A stretch of 64,000 nucleotides of DNA from Octopus vulgaris (GCA_951406725.2 OX597824.1:43896001-43960000), one strand, 5' to 3'. Positions 13,050 through 27,397 are shown, numbered from the stretch's first letter. Numbers and translations: made by a program. The notes: generated by a model from the sequence alone, not told the origin.

Positions 13050-13885
13050 TATCTAGCCAAAAGTTCCTTGCTGCTTCAGCATATGACACATTCTCCTGAT
13101 GTTCATTTGTTAGTGAAATTTCCTGTCATTGTTTCTGAAGAGCCTGTTCTACTGATTATTGGCTTATTCTTTGTTGGCATGCAGTTTTTTGCATTACATG
13201 ATACTGCTTTAATTTTCCTTAACTCTTAACTACCAGTTATCCTCTGTGTCTTATGTTGTACTTTATTTGGCGCCTATTCCTCTATCTTTCTTTCACTTTT
13301 TTCTTTGCAGTCATTGCATTTATCCTTCCAGGATGTCCATTGAGTTATTCAACTTGATGCTCAAGTCTTCATTTTCCCCATGAGTCTTTGTCTTTTGCTC
13401 TTTTTTGACTTGTAACCCCAAGAATTTCTACAGCAACAGAAGCTGCACAAAATATGAAGCTGTTTGGACATGTTATATTTTCAACATAGACTTTCATTAA
13501 CAGCTTGTCCAGCTTCTTTGCTATTTTACATTGTTTTTCCCTTTCAATTCTCCTCAAATCTGCTAGTCACTTTCTTTCATTTGTCTGTGTCTCACTTAGC
13601 AGTTGTAGTAAGCTTCTTTCCTTCCATAAATAAAATCTGTTTTCGTGCTGGCTATTATTTCTTTCCTGAGGATTTGTTGGATTCTTTGCTATTTCTTGTT
13701 TGATTTCCTCATCTCCAACTTGGATAATCACTTGTCTTTTCACAATTAAATTTTTCTGTCTAGAAATCTTTGTTCTAGAACAGGAAACATCTTTTTCTAT
13801 TCATATTTTATACATTCTTTTCCTGCATCATATTTTGGCAGGCTCACTTCTGTAGTAACATTCTATCACAGTCCTATTGTGGGTT
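13050..13885 (-). mobile_element. N-terminal fragment of an R4/Dong LINE ORF
   Basis: CYYRSEP...RKRM and NS.IFCAA.VAVE.LG resemble the R4/Dong N-terminus; heavily decayed. Confidence 0.55.
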
Positions 13886-14489
13886 GATTTAATTGGTTAT
13901 GCCTTGCCCTCGAAATTTGGGCATTTATGCCAGACATTATTATCGGATGAATCTGTAGAATGTCACAAATGTTTTGTAATATTTAAACATATACCTTCAT
14001 AATCTAAATTCAAAGTGAAGTTGACTTTGTCTTTCATCTTCCTGAGATCAGTAAAATACCCACCAAGTACTGGGTTCAATTCCTGCAAGGTCAACTTTGC
14101 TTTCACCCTTCCAGAGTTAATAAATGTTCTGAGGTCTATGTAATTGATTATAATCTTCCTACAAAATATGTGGCCTGCGCTTGTAAATGCCTCATAAACC
14201 TGCTCAGTTGCAACTAACAACTGGATCTTCTAAATGTACCAGTGTAAACACAGAGCATCATATTGTATTTAGATAATTTGTTAGATCAGCCAAAAGAGAC
14301 AGTGTTGGATTTACATTTTCAATTGGCTATACAGAAAAATATGTGACTTACATGATCAAAATAAATAGGACTCATAGACAGGGACCCAGCCACTGGAAGA
14401 TGAATACATTATTCCCATTGCACTGTCAAAAGCATTTGGATAAGTGAATTAAGTGGTAATTGACTGGGACAATTGTCAACAATCAGTGG

Positions 14490-15180
14490 TGGGGCACTCT
14501 GAAGGATAGGATTTAATGAACAAGTAGTGATAGAAAAAAATAAATTAGAGGGGCAACTACTGAAAAAAAGGAGAGGTGATTAGGAAAGGCATTTTGCCCA
14601 ATGATTTAGTGGGGAGAACTGACCCCAAGCACTTCTTTGAAACTGAGTCACAAGAGTTACATTGTCAAACCTCAGACATGTACTCTTGGGCACAAGGGAA
14701 TGAAAGGTATTTGATTGGCCTGGGTAGAAGAGACAGATGTATTTGTAGCTTTCCAGTGGTACTTTGCCCAACTGTTCAGAATGTGTAATGGACTAGAGAT
14801 AGTGGATTTTAATGCCTATCTAAATGGCTCACCATGGTTCTTGGTGAAAGGTACAAAGTGCTGTGAAAAACCAACAACAGTGCTGAAATATATACATGGT
14901 GGTAAGTGGATGTGTGAAAGGCAAATAATCTGGTTTGAATGATCTTCTCTACCAACTTTATACATATAAACCAAACTTGTTCACTGCTGTTTTGGCATAT
15001 GTCTACAGGGAGCAGATCAGAGGAATTATTCTATGAGCTGGGGAGTGGTGGCACTACTAAGAAAGGATGTGATCAAGGAAATCATCATAATTTCTGTCTC
15101 ATAACTGTTGAAACTTGGCAGTTTATGATTTTTGCCAAAATACTAACAAAGATGTAAGTGATTGTCATCAGTAATATGTT
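14490..15180 (+). mobile_element. Highly decayed L1/Tx1-clade LINE RT fragment
   Basis: Frameshifted LLRKD...NFCLIT...IFAKILTK resembles LLxK..NxRPITLLN.D.KILAK. Confidence 0.5.
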
Positions 15181-15834
15181 TGGCATAGTACATCCTACAA
15201 CATATTGAGAACCTATACACAATAACTTCTGCCTCATGCAATACCTGCTTGCTTGACCTAGTAGTAACAGAAGCCAAATATTAAAAATTGTTTCCCCAAT
15301 ATTAAAAAGGGGGAACATTGAATAATATATTGCTTGTTATACTATATGTGCATAAAATACATGATCAACACTGGAATACATTTGATCATAGGTTTGCTTC
15401 ATCAGATCTGACCTAGAGTTAAACAACAACTTTTCTCTTCTGCAAAGTGGTTCTCAGAGTTTTTGATACGAACAATCAAAATGGACACAAACTTCCCAGA
15501 CTACTATAATTTTGATGATCACCATTACTTAAAATCAATGACTCCAAAAGCATTTGGATAAGTGAATTAAGTGGTAATTGACTGGGACAATTGTCAACAA
15601 TCCTTAATGTATAATTCTTCAAAATAGTTATCCAAAATGGTGAAAGTCATATTTCAGAGGTAATAACATTTTAACTTTAATACTAATGCACGAAAAATTT
15701 GGGCTTTTTACTCATGTCAAAATGGTGGCTTATTCATAGTTTTAAGATGAAGTCACTACGATCTTAGAATTTGTTAAAAAATTCTTTAATGGTTAATATG
15801 CCAAATGACTAAAAAGGGTAAAGCATAAAAACCT

Positions 15835-16160
15835 CCTTTGATCATGAATGACCATGGGATTGTACCTAGAAAGTTACCCTCCAAGGCACAAGTATGGATA
15901 AGGTTGTTTATGGAAGACCAGAAGTCACTAATGCATACGAGCCTCCCCTCTCCACACAACCAATGTTATTCAAGGGAAAAGCAAAGGCTGATACAGCTTG
16001 GCACCAGTGATGTTGCAACTCATTCCTACAGATGAGTGAACTGGAGCAAGATGAAATAAGTGTCTTGCTCAAGAACACAACACACAACCTGGTCCAGGAA
16101 TTGAACTCACTACCTCATGATTGTGAGCCCGATGCTCTAACCACTAAGTCATATGCCTTC
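15835..16160 (-). mobile_element. tRNA-derived SINE; related heads at 11680-11980 (x2), 12740-12900 and 35355-35730
   Basis: Minus-strand head has A-box TGACTTAGTGG and B-box GAGTTCAATTCC. Confidence 0.7.
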
Positions 16161-18320
16161 ATCAGATGACTAAGACAACATTAGATGTCTTTTCTATTTG
16201 AAAAACTGAATGACTTACAGGATAGTTAGTGGTTTGATTACTTTTTATTAACAATAAATGGAACCAGCCATACAAAAATATAGGAAACCCCTTCTATTGA
16301 ATTCCAGTAAATAGATGCGAGATGTTTGAGAAGTTAAAATAGTGCACCACCAAAGCCAAGTTCATTGTAAAGTGGTTGGGTTTAGGAAAGACATCTAGTT
16401 GAAACAAACCATGCCAAAACTGACAGTGGAGCTTGGCACAGTCCCCTGGCATACCAGCTCCTGTCAGACTGTCCAACCCATGCCAGCATGGAAGATGGAC
16501 ATTAAATGATAATGATGTGTGTGTGTGTGTGTGTGTCTATATATATATATATATCTGTAAATGTAATATGAGACAATTATTTGGTAGCCATGATAAAACT
16601 CCAAGTTTCAGATTATCATGGCTACCGAATAATTGTCTCATATTACATTTACAGATAAATTCCTCTATTTACATAATATCGAGGTCTCTTTCTTTCTTTT
16701 GTTGTTTTACCATTTTAATCAATATATATATATATATTATCATCATCATCATTGTTTAACGTCCGCTTTCCATGCTAGCATGGGTTGGACAATATATATA
16801 TATATATCTCATCATTATTTTCATTTAACATGTCTTCCACATTTGCATGAATTGGATGTTTCAAACAGGATCCAATGAGTTAGTGGACTGCATCAAGCTC
16901 CAATGTCTACTTTGACATGTCTTTTACTACTGGATGCCCTTCCCATCACCAACCACTTTAGAGTACTGAGTGCTTTTCTCATGACACCAGCACTAATGAA
17001 ATTACCATGTAACTTTCATGATTAAAGAGCCTTTTTGATTGAGTGGAAATATGGTAGAGAGGGAGGTGGCTTTATGATAGGTTTTGAGAGGTTAAAGTGT
17101 AAAAGACAGGACAGGAACAGGTTTCCTGCTGTAGAGGAAAGACATAACTTCACATTGCATAAGAATAAGTGAGCATAATTGAGGTGGAGCTGCAAAGGGC
17201 TATAAAGATGGTAGTAACAAGATATCAAAACAAGCAGGATAAAAGGTGAATAGAATAGAGAGTAGGGATAGATTGGGAAGAATGAGGGATGGTTATAGAT
17301 GGAGGTAAGAGTGTGAGATGAATGTAGAGAATGGTAAACAAGGGTGGTGTGGGTGATGAAAAATATGACTGGGAGAGCAGCAGAATAATAAGAATAATGT
17401 AGAAAAGATTACATAGGTCAAGCCAATTAGAGAACCTCTAATTATTTGATTTGCTAGTAATAACCTCCTTGAAGTCATATCTGATGTTAAAAAAGGGAAG
17501 GACACATCAGGTAATGAAGTATGGAGCACACAATGCCCAAAAAGAAATAAAATGGCCACAGCTGGAATGCCTTTTATCATAAGTGTGTTTGATGACAGCC
17601 AACTTCGAGCTAAACAACAGTAAATCAATCAACTAATACAACTGTTGAATTAACCATAAAAAAATTTACTTTCTGAACTAAAACTGTGAGTCAAGAGATA
17701 GAATGAGCTAGATAATCTGACACAATACTGGTTTTCTTCTTGTTATTGTTGAATATACCCTAGTTACTTGTGTGTGTGTGTCTCTCTCTCTCACCACTCA
17801 CACAGAAAAAAAGTAGCAAAAAAAATCAATTCAATGTCAGCAAGAAAAAAACACACATGTCCAGTTGTGCCTCCAGAATTAGCTTAGCTGTATAATTTAT
17901 TTTTGTCTGATTTAAATCAGAGAGTAATTAAGGGTTAGGGTTAGTAGGTTTGCAACTACTGATGTCTGTGCATCTTCAGGGATTGTGTGACTGAAATCAA
18001 AAGCAATGATATATTGTAATACATGTACAAATAACTGATTTTGAGGTCTTTCATTTTTCTGTAAGGGACATCAAGTGTAAAAACTCAAGGTAATCATACT
18101 GTTTACAGTTTTTATGATTTGTAGTGGGTTTGTGAATAATCACCTCAAAGTGACCAGATCACAGTCATATTTCATAATCTTGTCTGAACCAAAGACTAGA
18201 ATGTTCAAATTTGCAAATCTTTCTATGATTTACTAGTATGAGTGTATAATTTTAGAAAGGAAAAACGAAAGAAATTTTTTTTTTAAATAAAATCACACAA
18301 TTGCAAAATATGATATTGAA

Positions 18321-18326
18321 TTTATT
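18321..18326 (-). terminator. Candidate polyadenylation signal of MGME1
   Basis: AATAAA on the minus strand about 75 nt after the stop codon. Confidence 0.55.
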
Positions 18327-18401
18327 TACAAATTTCAGAACCAGGCTTATTGGCACCTGACTCTCACCACACTTTCTTCATAGTTAGGACAAATTCATCA
18401 T

Positions 18402-18548
18402 CTATTTAGTTTCTCCAAGTGAAATCCAGTACTGACATAGTCGAGATTGCCATTTCTTCCAATGGTGCTGGCATGATTTCTCATTCATTATGTGCACATC
18501 AGCAGGAGAGCCATTTGGATACACCACAATGATTATACCTTTCTTCAC
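18402..18548 (-). CDS. MGME1: MGME1 terminal coding exon
   Basis: Acceptor tttttcAG. Encodes VKKGIIIVVYPNGSPADVHIMNEKSCQHHWKKWQSRLCQYWISLGETK*, matching the MGME1 C-terminus (G.IVV.Y.DGSPA..H.M....C..YW.KW..RL). Total CDS is 1188 nt. Confidence 0.93.
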   Translation of the reverse strand: MKKGIIIVVYPNGSPADVHIMNEKSCQHHWKKWQSRLCQYWISLGETK

Positions 18549-19307
18549 CTGAAAAAAAAAGTATTATAGTTTTTAGATTACTAACAATTCAGAATGAATC
18601 AAAATCTTAGTTTAAGCTTCAAAGAGAAGCTGATGAAGGGCAGAGATCAATAAAAGGTGAAAGCTGACAATACTGACTTGCATAATACAAGCGTATGACA
18701 AAAGGCATGACTAAGTGGTTTAGAAGTTTATTTTGCAATCATGAAGTCTTGGGTCTGATCCCACTATATGGAATTAAACTCAAGACCTCTTGTGCAAGTA
18801 TTTTATCATAGTCTTGGGTTGACTTTTGAGCAAAATTAGATAGAGGGAAACTATATGGGGCCTTGTCAGATGGACTGTACCTGTAATTCAAAAGAGCAGA
18901 CAGGATGATTATGGCTGAAATGCTTTAAATATAAGTCTGCTCAGTCACAACTGACCCGAGGCTAAACAACAATACATTGTATGGGATAGCAATTATTCTA
19001 CTTCAACAATGTTTTACTTGTTTCTAGTTATCATCATGAAAACCATGAAGCATACAAAAATTTATCTGACAATATACCAAATGAGATATGTCTTATTGTC
19101 CATGTGTACACAATGAAATATTGTCTAAAAGAATATGTAACACAGTAAAGACAAATCTAAATGATTTGGGAATGACCAACAAATTCAGCATAAAATGTGA
19201 ATGTGGTAAGTCTATATCATGAATCATTTCACACTAAACAGGAGCTATTGAACAATAAATGCAGAGTGATTTGAACTGTTAAGTTATAAGCCAATATTCA
19301 TTTAGAT

Positions 19308-19673
19308 CAGTGGTTCTCAACCAGAGACCATATAAGATTTTGGTGGGGTCCCCACAGGAAAAAATAGTCAATCGGGAATCCACAGAAGTACTTTAAGGGT
19401 TCATCAAAAAATTTTGCTTTACTTGTATTTATTACAAGAAACAACTAGGTTTCTTTCTCTAATATTTTATATAGCTCAACATGTTTCAGGCCACTGAAAC
19501 ATGTTCTCTTTGAGAGTGTAATTTCAAACCTATTCAAGTGAATGTGTGAAAAACAAAATACAATTTTGAAAGTATCTATAAAACTAATTTTCAAACATTG
19601 AATGGCTATGGGGTCCACCAGAGTAAAATAGTAATCTAAGGGGTCCATAGGTAAAAATGGTTGAGAACCACTG
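19308..19673. mobile_element. hAT (Charlie/MER5-like) MITE; truncated relative near 39354
   Basis: Perfect 16-bp TIRs CAGTGGTTCTCAACCA / TGGTTGAGAACCACTG. 8-bp TSD-like ATTTAGAT / ACTTAGAC. Confidence 0.88.
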
Positions 19674-20199
19674 ACTTAGACAGCCCTAAACAAATTACCT
19701 ACAGCTTAAGCTATATATCTTCTTGAAAACATCATAACCAGTTAGCCATTGAGCTTTTATAAAAAAAAAAATTCATGCTACTAAATAAACTGCTACCATC
19801 TACAGTTGTTCTTTGTTATTTTTTGTATTGATGTATTGCATTCTAGCATTGCTAGTTTTATTGGAATATCACAAGTTGGTTTGGTTGGTCACTGGAAGTA
19901 TGTACATATACTAGCATTAAAAGGACAATAAAATTTTAACTCATACTATAGAGGACAATGCAAAAGTTCATACATATTTAAATCTTTCAAAAGCTAATTT
20001 ATGTCTGACATGTGTTAATTTCACATGTAATTGTATAAGATAGCAAATCACTTCAATATAGTTTCACTTGTTTCCACTCACATCACCGTGGGAACAATCA
20101 AGATTATAAAAATAAATCCAACAATAAACTAAATGAAGTATATCTAACTCAGTAACAAAATATATTCTTTAATAAATACTAAGATGTATTGTCATCATC

Positions 20200-20780
20200 A
20201 TCTCTATATCTATAAACAGCAAAATGTCTGTGTATCTGTGTGTCCTTTATACAAATCCACAGTTTTTCATATAAAACACTCGCATTTTCTATGGGCTTTC
20301 AAAACTGTCTGAGGGTGGTCGTGAAGATCTTTTCATTTCCCCAGTCAACCGAGAAAGTCATTAAGAAAGTTGACAAACCAACCCCTTATGCCCATAAGTT
20401 ATGGGCATATCCATTCAAAATTGCTAAAACATAGAAATTTGTATGCGGTGTGTGCATACAGCTAGATACACCAATAGACTTCCAGCTGTTTTTTGATTGG
20501 ACGGAGATAATTTTACCCTTGACAGTTGAATGCGCGTGCACATTTGCAGACAGTCTGTATGACTCAGTGCATTTATGTGTTTTGCGAAGACACGTCATCA
20601 TGTGTTTTGGCTTTCAAATGTGCATGCTTTTTTGATTTGAGAAATGCAGGGAATAATTAACGAGTTAGGATCTCCAAATCCACATTCTTCAATGGTCCTT
20701 AACCCAATGCAGTCGTCCTCCTCTGAAATAAACCTGCCATGCATGTCTCCACAGCGAATTTCCTCTACAGCCATGTCATT
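20200..20780 (+). mobile_element. Possible non-autonomous Helitron-like repeat
   Basis: Starts A|TCTCTATATCTATAAA, which resembles a Helitron 5' end. No clear CTRR/hairpin 3' end was found. Confidence 0.3.
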
Positions 20781-20869
20781 TAGAACCCCTAGGATGGGTT
20801 AGTGATAGATCGGGATTAGAAGCTGCCTATTAGAGGCTCCGAAGCCCCCCTCCATAAGGTCACTGATGA

Positions 20870-23500
20870 GGTTGAAGGCATGGGTATACTCCTTGTGGAG
20901 AAATGGACTGATAAGGTAATCAAGGTAGTCAGAGACTGTGACAGAATACTTAAGCTTAGACTAGTACTGCAACATGGATTAGCAACCATTATCTCGGCCA
21001 ACGCCCCTCAGCCAGGACTACCTGATGAACAGAAAGACTGGTTCTATGACACCCTCTTGCAGACTACCTCATCAAATGACAGGGACCTTCTGTTTGTGGC
21101 TGGTGACTTCAACGGGCTGGAGTTCTGTGATGCAGATGATCCTATGATCTGTAATACTAACTTAAGAAAACCTGCCAGTCACCTGTTCACTTACCAGTCT
21201 GGTGAGCACACTTGTCAAATTGAATACATTCTTGCCAGGAAATGAGAAAGATGGCTACTTATAAATGCCAAAACTTTCCCAGGTGAAGAATGCACCCCAC
21301 AACGTAGGATAGCAGTAATCGTCTTCAGGACCAGGACTAAATGGCTGCCCAAAGACAACCAGCATGGAAAAGAAGGGTCTGGAAGCTTAAGGATCCTCTT
21401 AATGGACAGAGATTTAGACACATATTACTTGAAGCTTTTGACAAAAAAGAGGAGGATATAGCATAACATAATGTGGAGGACAAATGGAGGTTCCTACAGG
21501 ACCTGTTGACGGCTACTGATCAGATTTGTGGCTGGTGCAAAGTCCCCTCTCACACTAAAGTAATGTAGTGGTGGAACAATGTAGGTGACAGGGCCATTAG
21601 GGAAAAGAAACAGGCATAGAAGGACAGGAAGAATGGTGATAGCAGGGAACTGTATCAGATTGCCAGAAGGAAAGCTAAGAGACAGGTTTACTTAGCCAGA
21701 AGGGAAGTAGATAAGAAAAAAATTTGCCAATGTTCTGCATCATGAGGACCAGAGACTTGAAGTGTTTTGTATTGCAAGACAGTGTGTGAGAGAGAATTGT
21801 GATGTCACAGGTGAGAAATGTGTCTGCATGGATGAGGGATCACTCGCATTTAATGATGCTGTAAAGAGAGAGAGACTTAGAGATGCCACTATGAAAGGTT
21901 GCTAAATGAAGAGAAAGAATGTGAGAAAGAGAGTCTGTGAAATTTTGACCCAACAGAGGAACCAGCAATTCAAACTGACAGTACCTTGGTAGATAAAGAA
22001 ATTTCTAGCCAAAGATAAACCTCTGTACTTGGTTTTCATTGACGTGGAGAAAGCCTTTGACAGGGTCCTCGATCCTTCATCTGGTGGTCAATGTGGAAAT
22101 TAGGGATAGATGAATGATTGGTGAGAGCTGTACAAGCCATGTACAGGGATGCTGTCAGTAAGGTGAGGGTTGACAATGAGTATAGTGAAGAATTCTGAGT
22201 AGAAGAAGGGGTTCACCAAGGATCAGTCCTCAACCCTCTCTTATTCATCATAGTCCTCCAATCAATAACAGAGGAATTCAAGACAGGCTTCCCCTGGGAG
22301 CTCCTATATGCTGGTGACCTTGTTCTAATAGCTGAATCTCTACCAGAAATAAAGAAGATTCAAGTGTGGAAGCAAGGTCAAGAATCAAAAGGCCTTAGAG
22401 TCAATCTAGCTAAAACCAAAGTCTTAGGAAGTAAGAAGGCAGACAAATCACAAATCCCTTCAGGTAGCTGGCCCTGATTGATCTGTAGAAAAGGCATAGG
22501 TAGAAACTCCATAAGATGTACCTAGCGTAAGCTATGGACATATAAGAGGTGCAACAATATCAAAGGAAAGTTAATTGGGAAGATAGTTTTTGTGTGTGGC
22601 AGATGCACAGGGGCAATAAACACCAAAGATGTACAGAAAACAGATTCCATCACAAGCAAGGGGAAAAAAACTAGAAGTAGTTGATAGCTTCCATTACCTA
22701 GGCGACCAAGTCAGTAGTGGGGGTGGATGCTCTGAGAGCATAGCTGCTAGAATAAGAATAACCTGGGCAAAGTTCAGAGAGCTCCTACTTCTGCTGGTAA
22801 CAAAGGACCTCTCGGTCAGAGTGAAAGATAGACTGTATGATGCAGGTGTGCAAACAGCCATGTTACATGGCAGTTGGCTATAAGAAGCATCAAATGTGGT
22901 GTGCAAGAGAGATGACTATGCTAGTATGGTCATGTGTTGCATATGGATGAGGACAACTGTGCGAAGAAGTGTTACACCATAACAGTGGAGGGAACCTGTG
23001 GAAGAGGTAGACCCAGGAAGACATGGGATGAGGTGGTGAAGCACAACCTTTGAACACTGGGCAATATGCTGTGCTTGAGAAGACCTGTTGAGTCGAGTGA
23101 AATCGTAGTCGTAGCCGATGCCAGTGCCACCTGACAGGCACCTGTGCCAGTGGGATGTAAAAAGTACCATTTGAGTGTAGCCAATGCCAGTGCTAGTGGC
23201 ACATAAAAAGCATCATTCGAGCATGGTCAATGCAAGTGCCATCTGACTGGCTTCCATGCCGGTGGCACGTAAAAAGCACCATTCAAGCATGGTTGATGCC
23301 AGTGTTGCCTGACTGGCCTCCAAGCCAGAGGCACATAAAAAGTATCCACTACACTCTCAGAGTGGTTGGTGTTAGGAAGAGCATCCAGCTGTAGAAACCT
23401 TGCCAGATCAGATTGGAGTCTGGTGCAGCCTCCTGGCTTGCCAGACCTCAGTCAAACTATCCTACCCATGCCAGCATGGGAAGCGAATGATATGATGATG
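20870..23500 (+). mobile_element. Decayed RTE LINE (APE endonuclease plus RT, internal deletions)
   Basis: Motifs VAGDFNG, EKAFDRV, GVHQGSVL.PLLF, PWELLYAGD and VDSFHYLG. Many stops. GAT tail followed by TA repeats. Confidence 0.9.
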
Positions 23501-24169
23501 AATGTGAAGTAGGATCCTCAACTACATGGAGGTGTAATATATATACATATACACACACACTTATATATATAGTCAATTCAAATAAACATTCAATTAAAAA
23601 AAATGAATAAGATTAAAGGACAAGGAATGTATTAGCTTGACACTCAGTGAAAAGATAAGAGAGAGAGAAACATATATATATGGATACACACATATATATA
23701 CATATATATATATGGATACACACACACACATATATATATACACAAATATATACATAGGTATATAAGGGAGTTAAGGACATGAAGACAAGGAAAGTCCCTG
23801 GTCTACCAGGAGTTACTGCCAAGATGCTTAAAATTTAGTGTATAGGTAGAAGTTCACGAGGTCTTGGTTCTCAGCTCCCTCTCATTCATCATTGCCTTCC
23901 AGGACATAACAGATGAATTTAAGACTAGCTACTCCTGGGAAATGCTGATGATCTTGCTCTCATAGTGGAATCTATAGCAAAAATAGAAAAGAAACTGCAG
24001 ACGTGGAAACACAACTTGGAATAATCTTTATATCCAGCTACACCAGCTTTGTGTTCGTCTTCGCATCCAGCCATACCAGCATTGTGTTCATCTTCATGCC
24101 CAACTATGCCAGCTTCAAAATCAGGTTTGTCACATCCATCTACACCAGCTTTGTTGAATTTATGATCAT

Positions 24170-25750
24170 CATTGCATTTGTTGTCATGTTCATCCATGCC
24201 AAACTCCTCTGCTTCAACATCATATGGTAAGTCCTCAATAGTTGATTCTATTTTGGATGATTCAGACTCCAAGAGCGATTATTTGCCCAGTAGGTCAGGT
24301 GATTCCAATTCTGCTAGCAATGACAAGTATCCATTACATCAAAGGGGCAGGAGGGCAGCAGTCCATGGCTTTGGCCAACAGAATATGCTACAGCATGCAA
24401 TTTTCTACAACAATGCAATTTCTCTGGTACTCCTTGTTTAAAGGCAGACCTTTGAAATCACAGTTTGCCATTGGAGGTATATGATGGATTTATGATGGAG
24501 GAAATGTTTGAATACATAGCTGAAGAAACCAATGACTATGCTGCGAAACATCCTCAGAATGCAAGACCTGGACATGACACTAATTGGTTTCCAAATACAG
24601 GTGATGAACTCAAAGTTTTCCATGCACTATTCATCCTCATGGGTATTGTGCAGAAACTGATGATCACTTCATATTGGAATAGGGATCCTGCAACTGCAAC
24701 ACCTTTCTTTGCAGAGTCAATGCCACATGATTAATTTTTAGCACTGCTAAAAAACTTTCATTTCAACTCTGGCAAGAACAATGGGGACAGGCTTCATAAA
24801 ATTCATCCTATTGCAGAAAATTTCAAATTGTTTGTATATCCATGCAGGACATTTCCACTGATGAAAGTCTATGGAAATTCAAACAGTACAATCCTAGCAA
24901 GTTTACAAGGTGTCAGTTGTCTGGTGTGGCTATACTTGGTACTATAAGATATACACTGGACATTCCAATACCCACAAATGTTGTCTTATCACTAAAAAAT
25001 GAGTTGTTGGACAAAGGATACAATATTTATAAGGACAACTGGTTTTCCACTCCCAACCTCTTTCTTCACCTGCTGTGGGACAGTGTGCATCTTCAGAAAA
25101 AACATACCACCTGAACTTCATGATTTGAAACTTTGCAAAGGCAAAACTGTGTGCTGTTCCACCAATAGTAACATTATAACATTGGTGTGGGGAGACAAGG
25201 AAAATGTTTGTTTGCAGTCCACCATGCATTCAACTGTTATGTCCAGCACTGACAAATGAGACAGGACTGGAAATCCAGTAATAAAATCAACTGTGTTGGC
25301 ATGGAATCACATGGTGTCAATCATTCCACTCAACTGGTATCAAAACACAAATTAAAATGCAAATTTGTAAAATGGTATAAGAAACTTTTCTATAACGTGG
25401 TGGACATAAAACTAGTACATTCGCTTTTGATATGGCAAATGCTTGGCAGTGTGGGAGATGGACTAACCTTTGGAGAGTTGCTTGTGAACAAAAACAATAG
25501 AATTTCAGATTTTCCACCAAACTGATCACAGGGGCATTCACACTCCAGTCCTTCTCCATGCCAATGGAGAAAAGGGACATGGATACTTCCCTACTTCAAT
25601 TCCATCAACCGAAAAAAAGAACACATCAAAACAATGTGCTGTGTGCAGCACACAGTCACCACAAGGAGACAAGATACATATGCATAGACTGTCATGTCCA
25701 TTATACATTTCACCCAGTTTTCAGATTTACAATACCAAAGTTAATTTTTG
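24170..25750 (+). mobile_element. Decayed piggyBac (PGBD4-like) transposase
   Basis: Motifs YIAEETNDYA, ISTDESLWKF, LLDKGYNIYKDNWFS, KWYKKLF and C-terminal KETRYICIDC. Confidence 0.85.
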
Positions 25751-26177
25751 ATGCTTTATTAAGCCAATATACACTATTTGATGCTGTTGAGTGATCTTAT
25801 TCCCACATATACCCGAATTGAACCCAGGACAAATCAAATCACCAGTCAATGACTATATACAAATTATATAAGAACTATTTGCTAGTATGCAACAACAATG
25901 CATACATAAGATTAAATTCAATTGTGAATAAAATGTAGTACTGGTGTTGTAAACATTATCAACCGTACATACTCAATGTATGTGTTTTGCTTATTTGCCG
26001 GTTCACTGCAGTTGGTAGGTAAGTAGGTAGACAGACAGATAGGCAAACAGATAGATAGATATAATAGCAGTTTGACTAACTCCACATTAATGTTTTGCGG
26101 GTGTGTAGGATGTATTCATGTTGTCATAAGTTCAGTCAACCTGTTATTAAATACATACAATTCCAATCAAATGTATA

Positions 26178-27373
26178 AAAGGTATCCCAAAATAAAGGCA
26201 ACCAAATATTGCTATATTTCAGCTCCAAGCATTGCAAAGCAATGGTAAAAGAAACATGACTATAATACTACTACGTTTATTTGATATGATCATCTGTTTC
26301 AAATCACAGCCTTAAGTCTAGGTGTGAATGCTTCACATGTGGCATGCAGCTGTTCTTGCAGAATTGAAGCCCATTATTGGAGCAGTTTTGCATTCAGAGT
26401 GTCAAGCAAAGCATGAGGAGTGCTCAGGACCTTCATTTCCAAAATGGGCCAAACAGAAAAATCCAATGGGCTGAGACTGGGGCTTCTTGAGGGCCATACA
26501 TCTTTACCTGTGAACAACAGAATATTTTTTCTGAATCCAGTGTTGTGTCTGTTTGGCACTGTAGGATGGTGCCAAGTCCTGTTGGAGGCTCCAAGGTGTG
26601 CCTGGAAAGTGCTCATTTGCCCATGGAAGCAGTTCAGCTTCCAGAATGTTGCTAATGTATATCTAGGTGTTAATTTTAACACCCAAGGGCACAAAAACGA
26701 GGAGAGACCTTCCAGTGACTGTCACAGTGCCCAAACCATAACTGACTGTGGATTTTGACATGATTTAAGAGTTCACCCTCGTCAATGATATATACACCCC
26801 AAAGTGGGTCATTCTGGTGGTTTACTGTCTGTTCAATACCAAATTTCTTTTCATCAGTGAACACCAGGTTGGGCAGCGTGCCTTCAGCAATCTGACACAG
26901 GATAAGATGACTTCTTGCCAGTCTCATTGCCTTAAAAACTTGTGTGAGCTCATGATGGTGGATAATTTTGTAGGGGTGCATCCTTAGATCCTCTTTCAGC
27001 ACTCGATACATTGATGTTTGACTTATTTTTGTTGTGGCAGCCAGTTTTCTGACAGAACAATGAGGATTTTGCAGTATCTTCTTTGATACTTTTGATAAGC
27101 TAAGAAGTCCACACACTTCTATTTTGGCCACATCCAGGTCAATCAGCAGTGCAACCAGTCTCTTGAAATTTCTTGAAAATTTTCCAGATTGTTGTTTGGT
27201 TAATTTTACACTTTTTTGCTATAGCTGTATTACTTTTGCCTCCTTTGTGGTGGGTTATGATTGTATTTCAGTCTATAGCTGTTATCTAATTTATAAATCT
27301 GAATGTATTTAACCTGAAACAAAAAGAAGACACATTAAGTTTTTATAATGATGAATAATTTTAGGAAACCCTG
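26178..27373 (-). mobile_element. Decayed Tc1/mariner element (maT/DD37D-like), about 1.2 kb
   Basis: HTH region SVRKLA...VLKEDL..HPYK, plus FTDEKKF and WPSRSPSLSPLDFSVW. Degenerate TIRs aaaggtatcccaaaat / attttaggaaaccctg. Confidence 0.85.
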
Positions 27374-27397
27374 TGTGCATGCATGTATGTATGTATA

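Noticed and set aside
17928-17944. TTAGGG telomere-like repeats
   Set aside because: Only about two units, which is expected by chance.
23925-24272. 115-aa acidic repeat ORF (AGxxGxEDEH)
   Set aside because: It is the antisense reading of a 33-36 bp tandem repeat at an RTE/piggyBac junction, with no splice or homology support.
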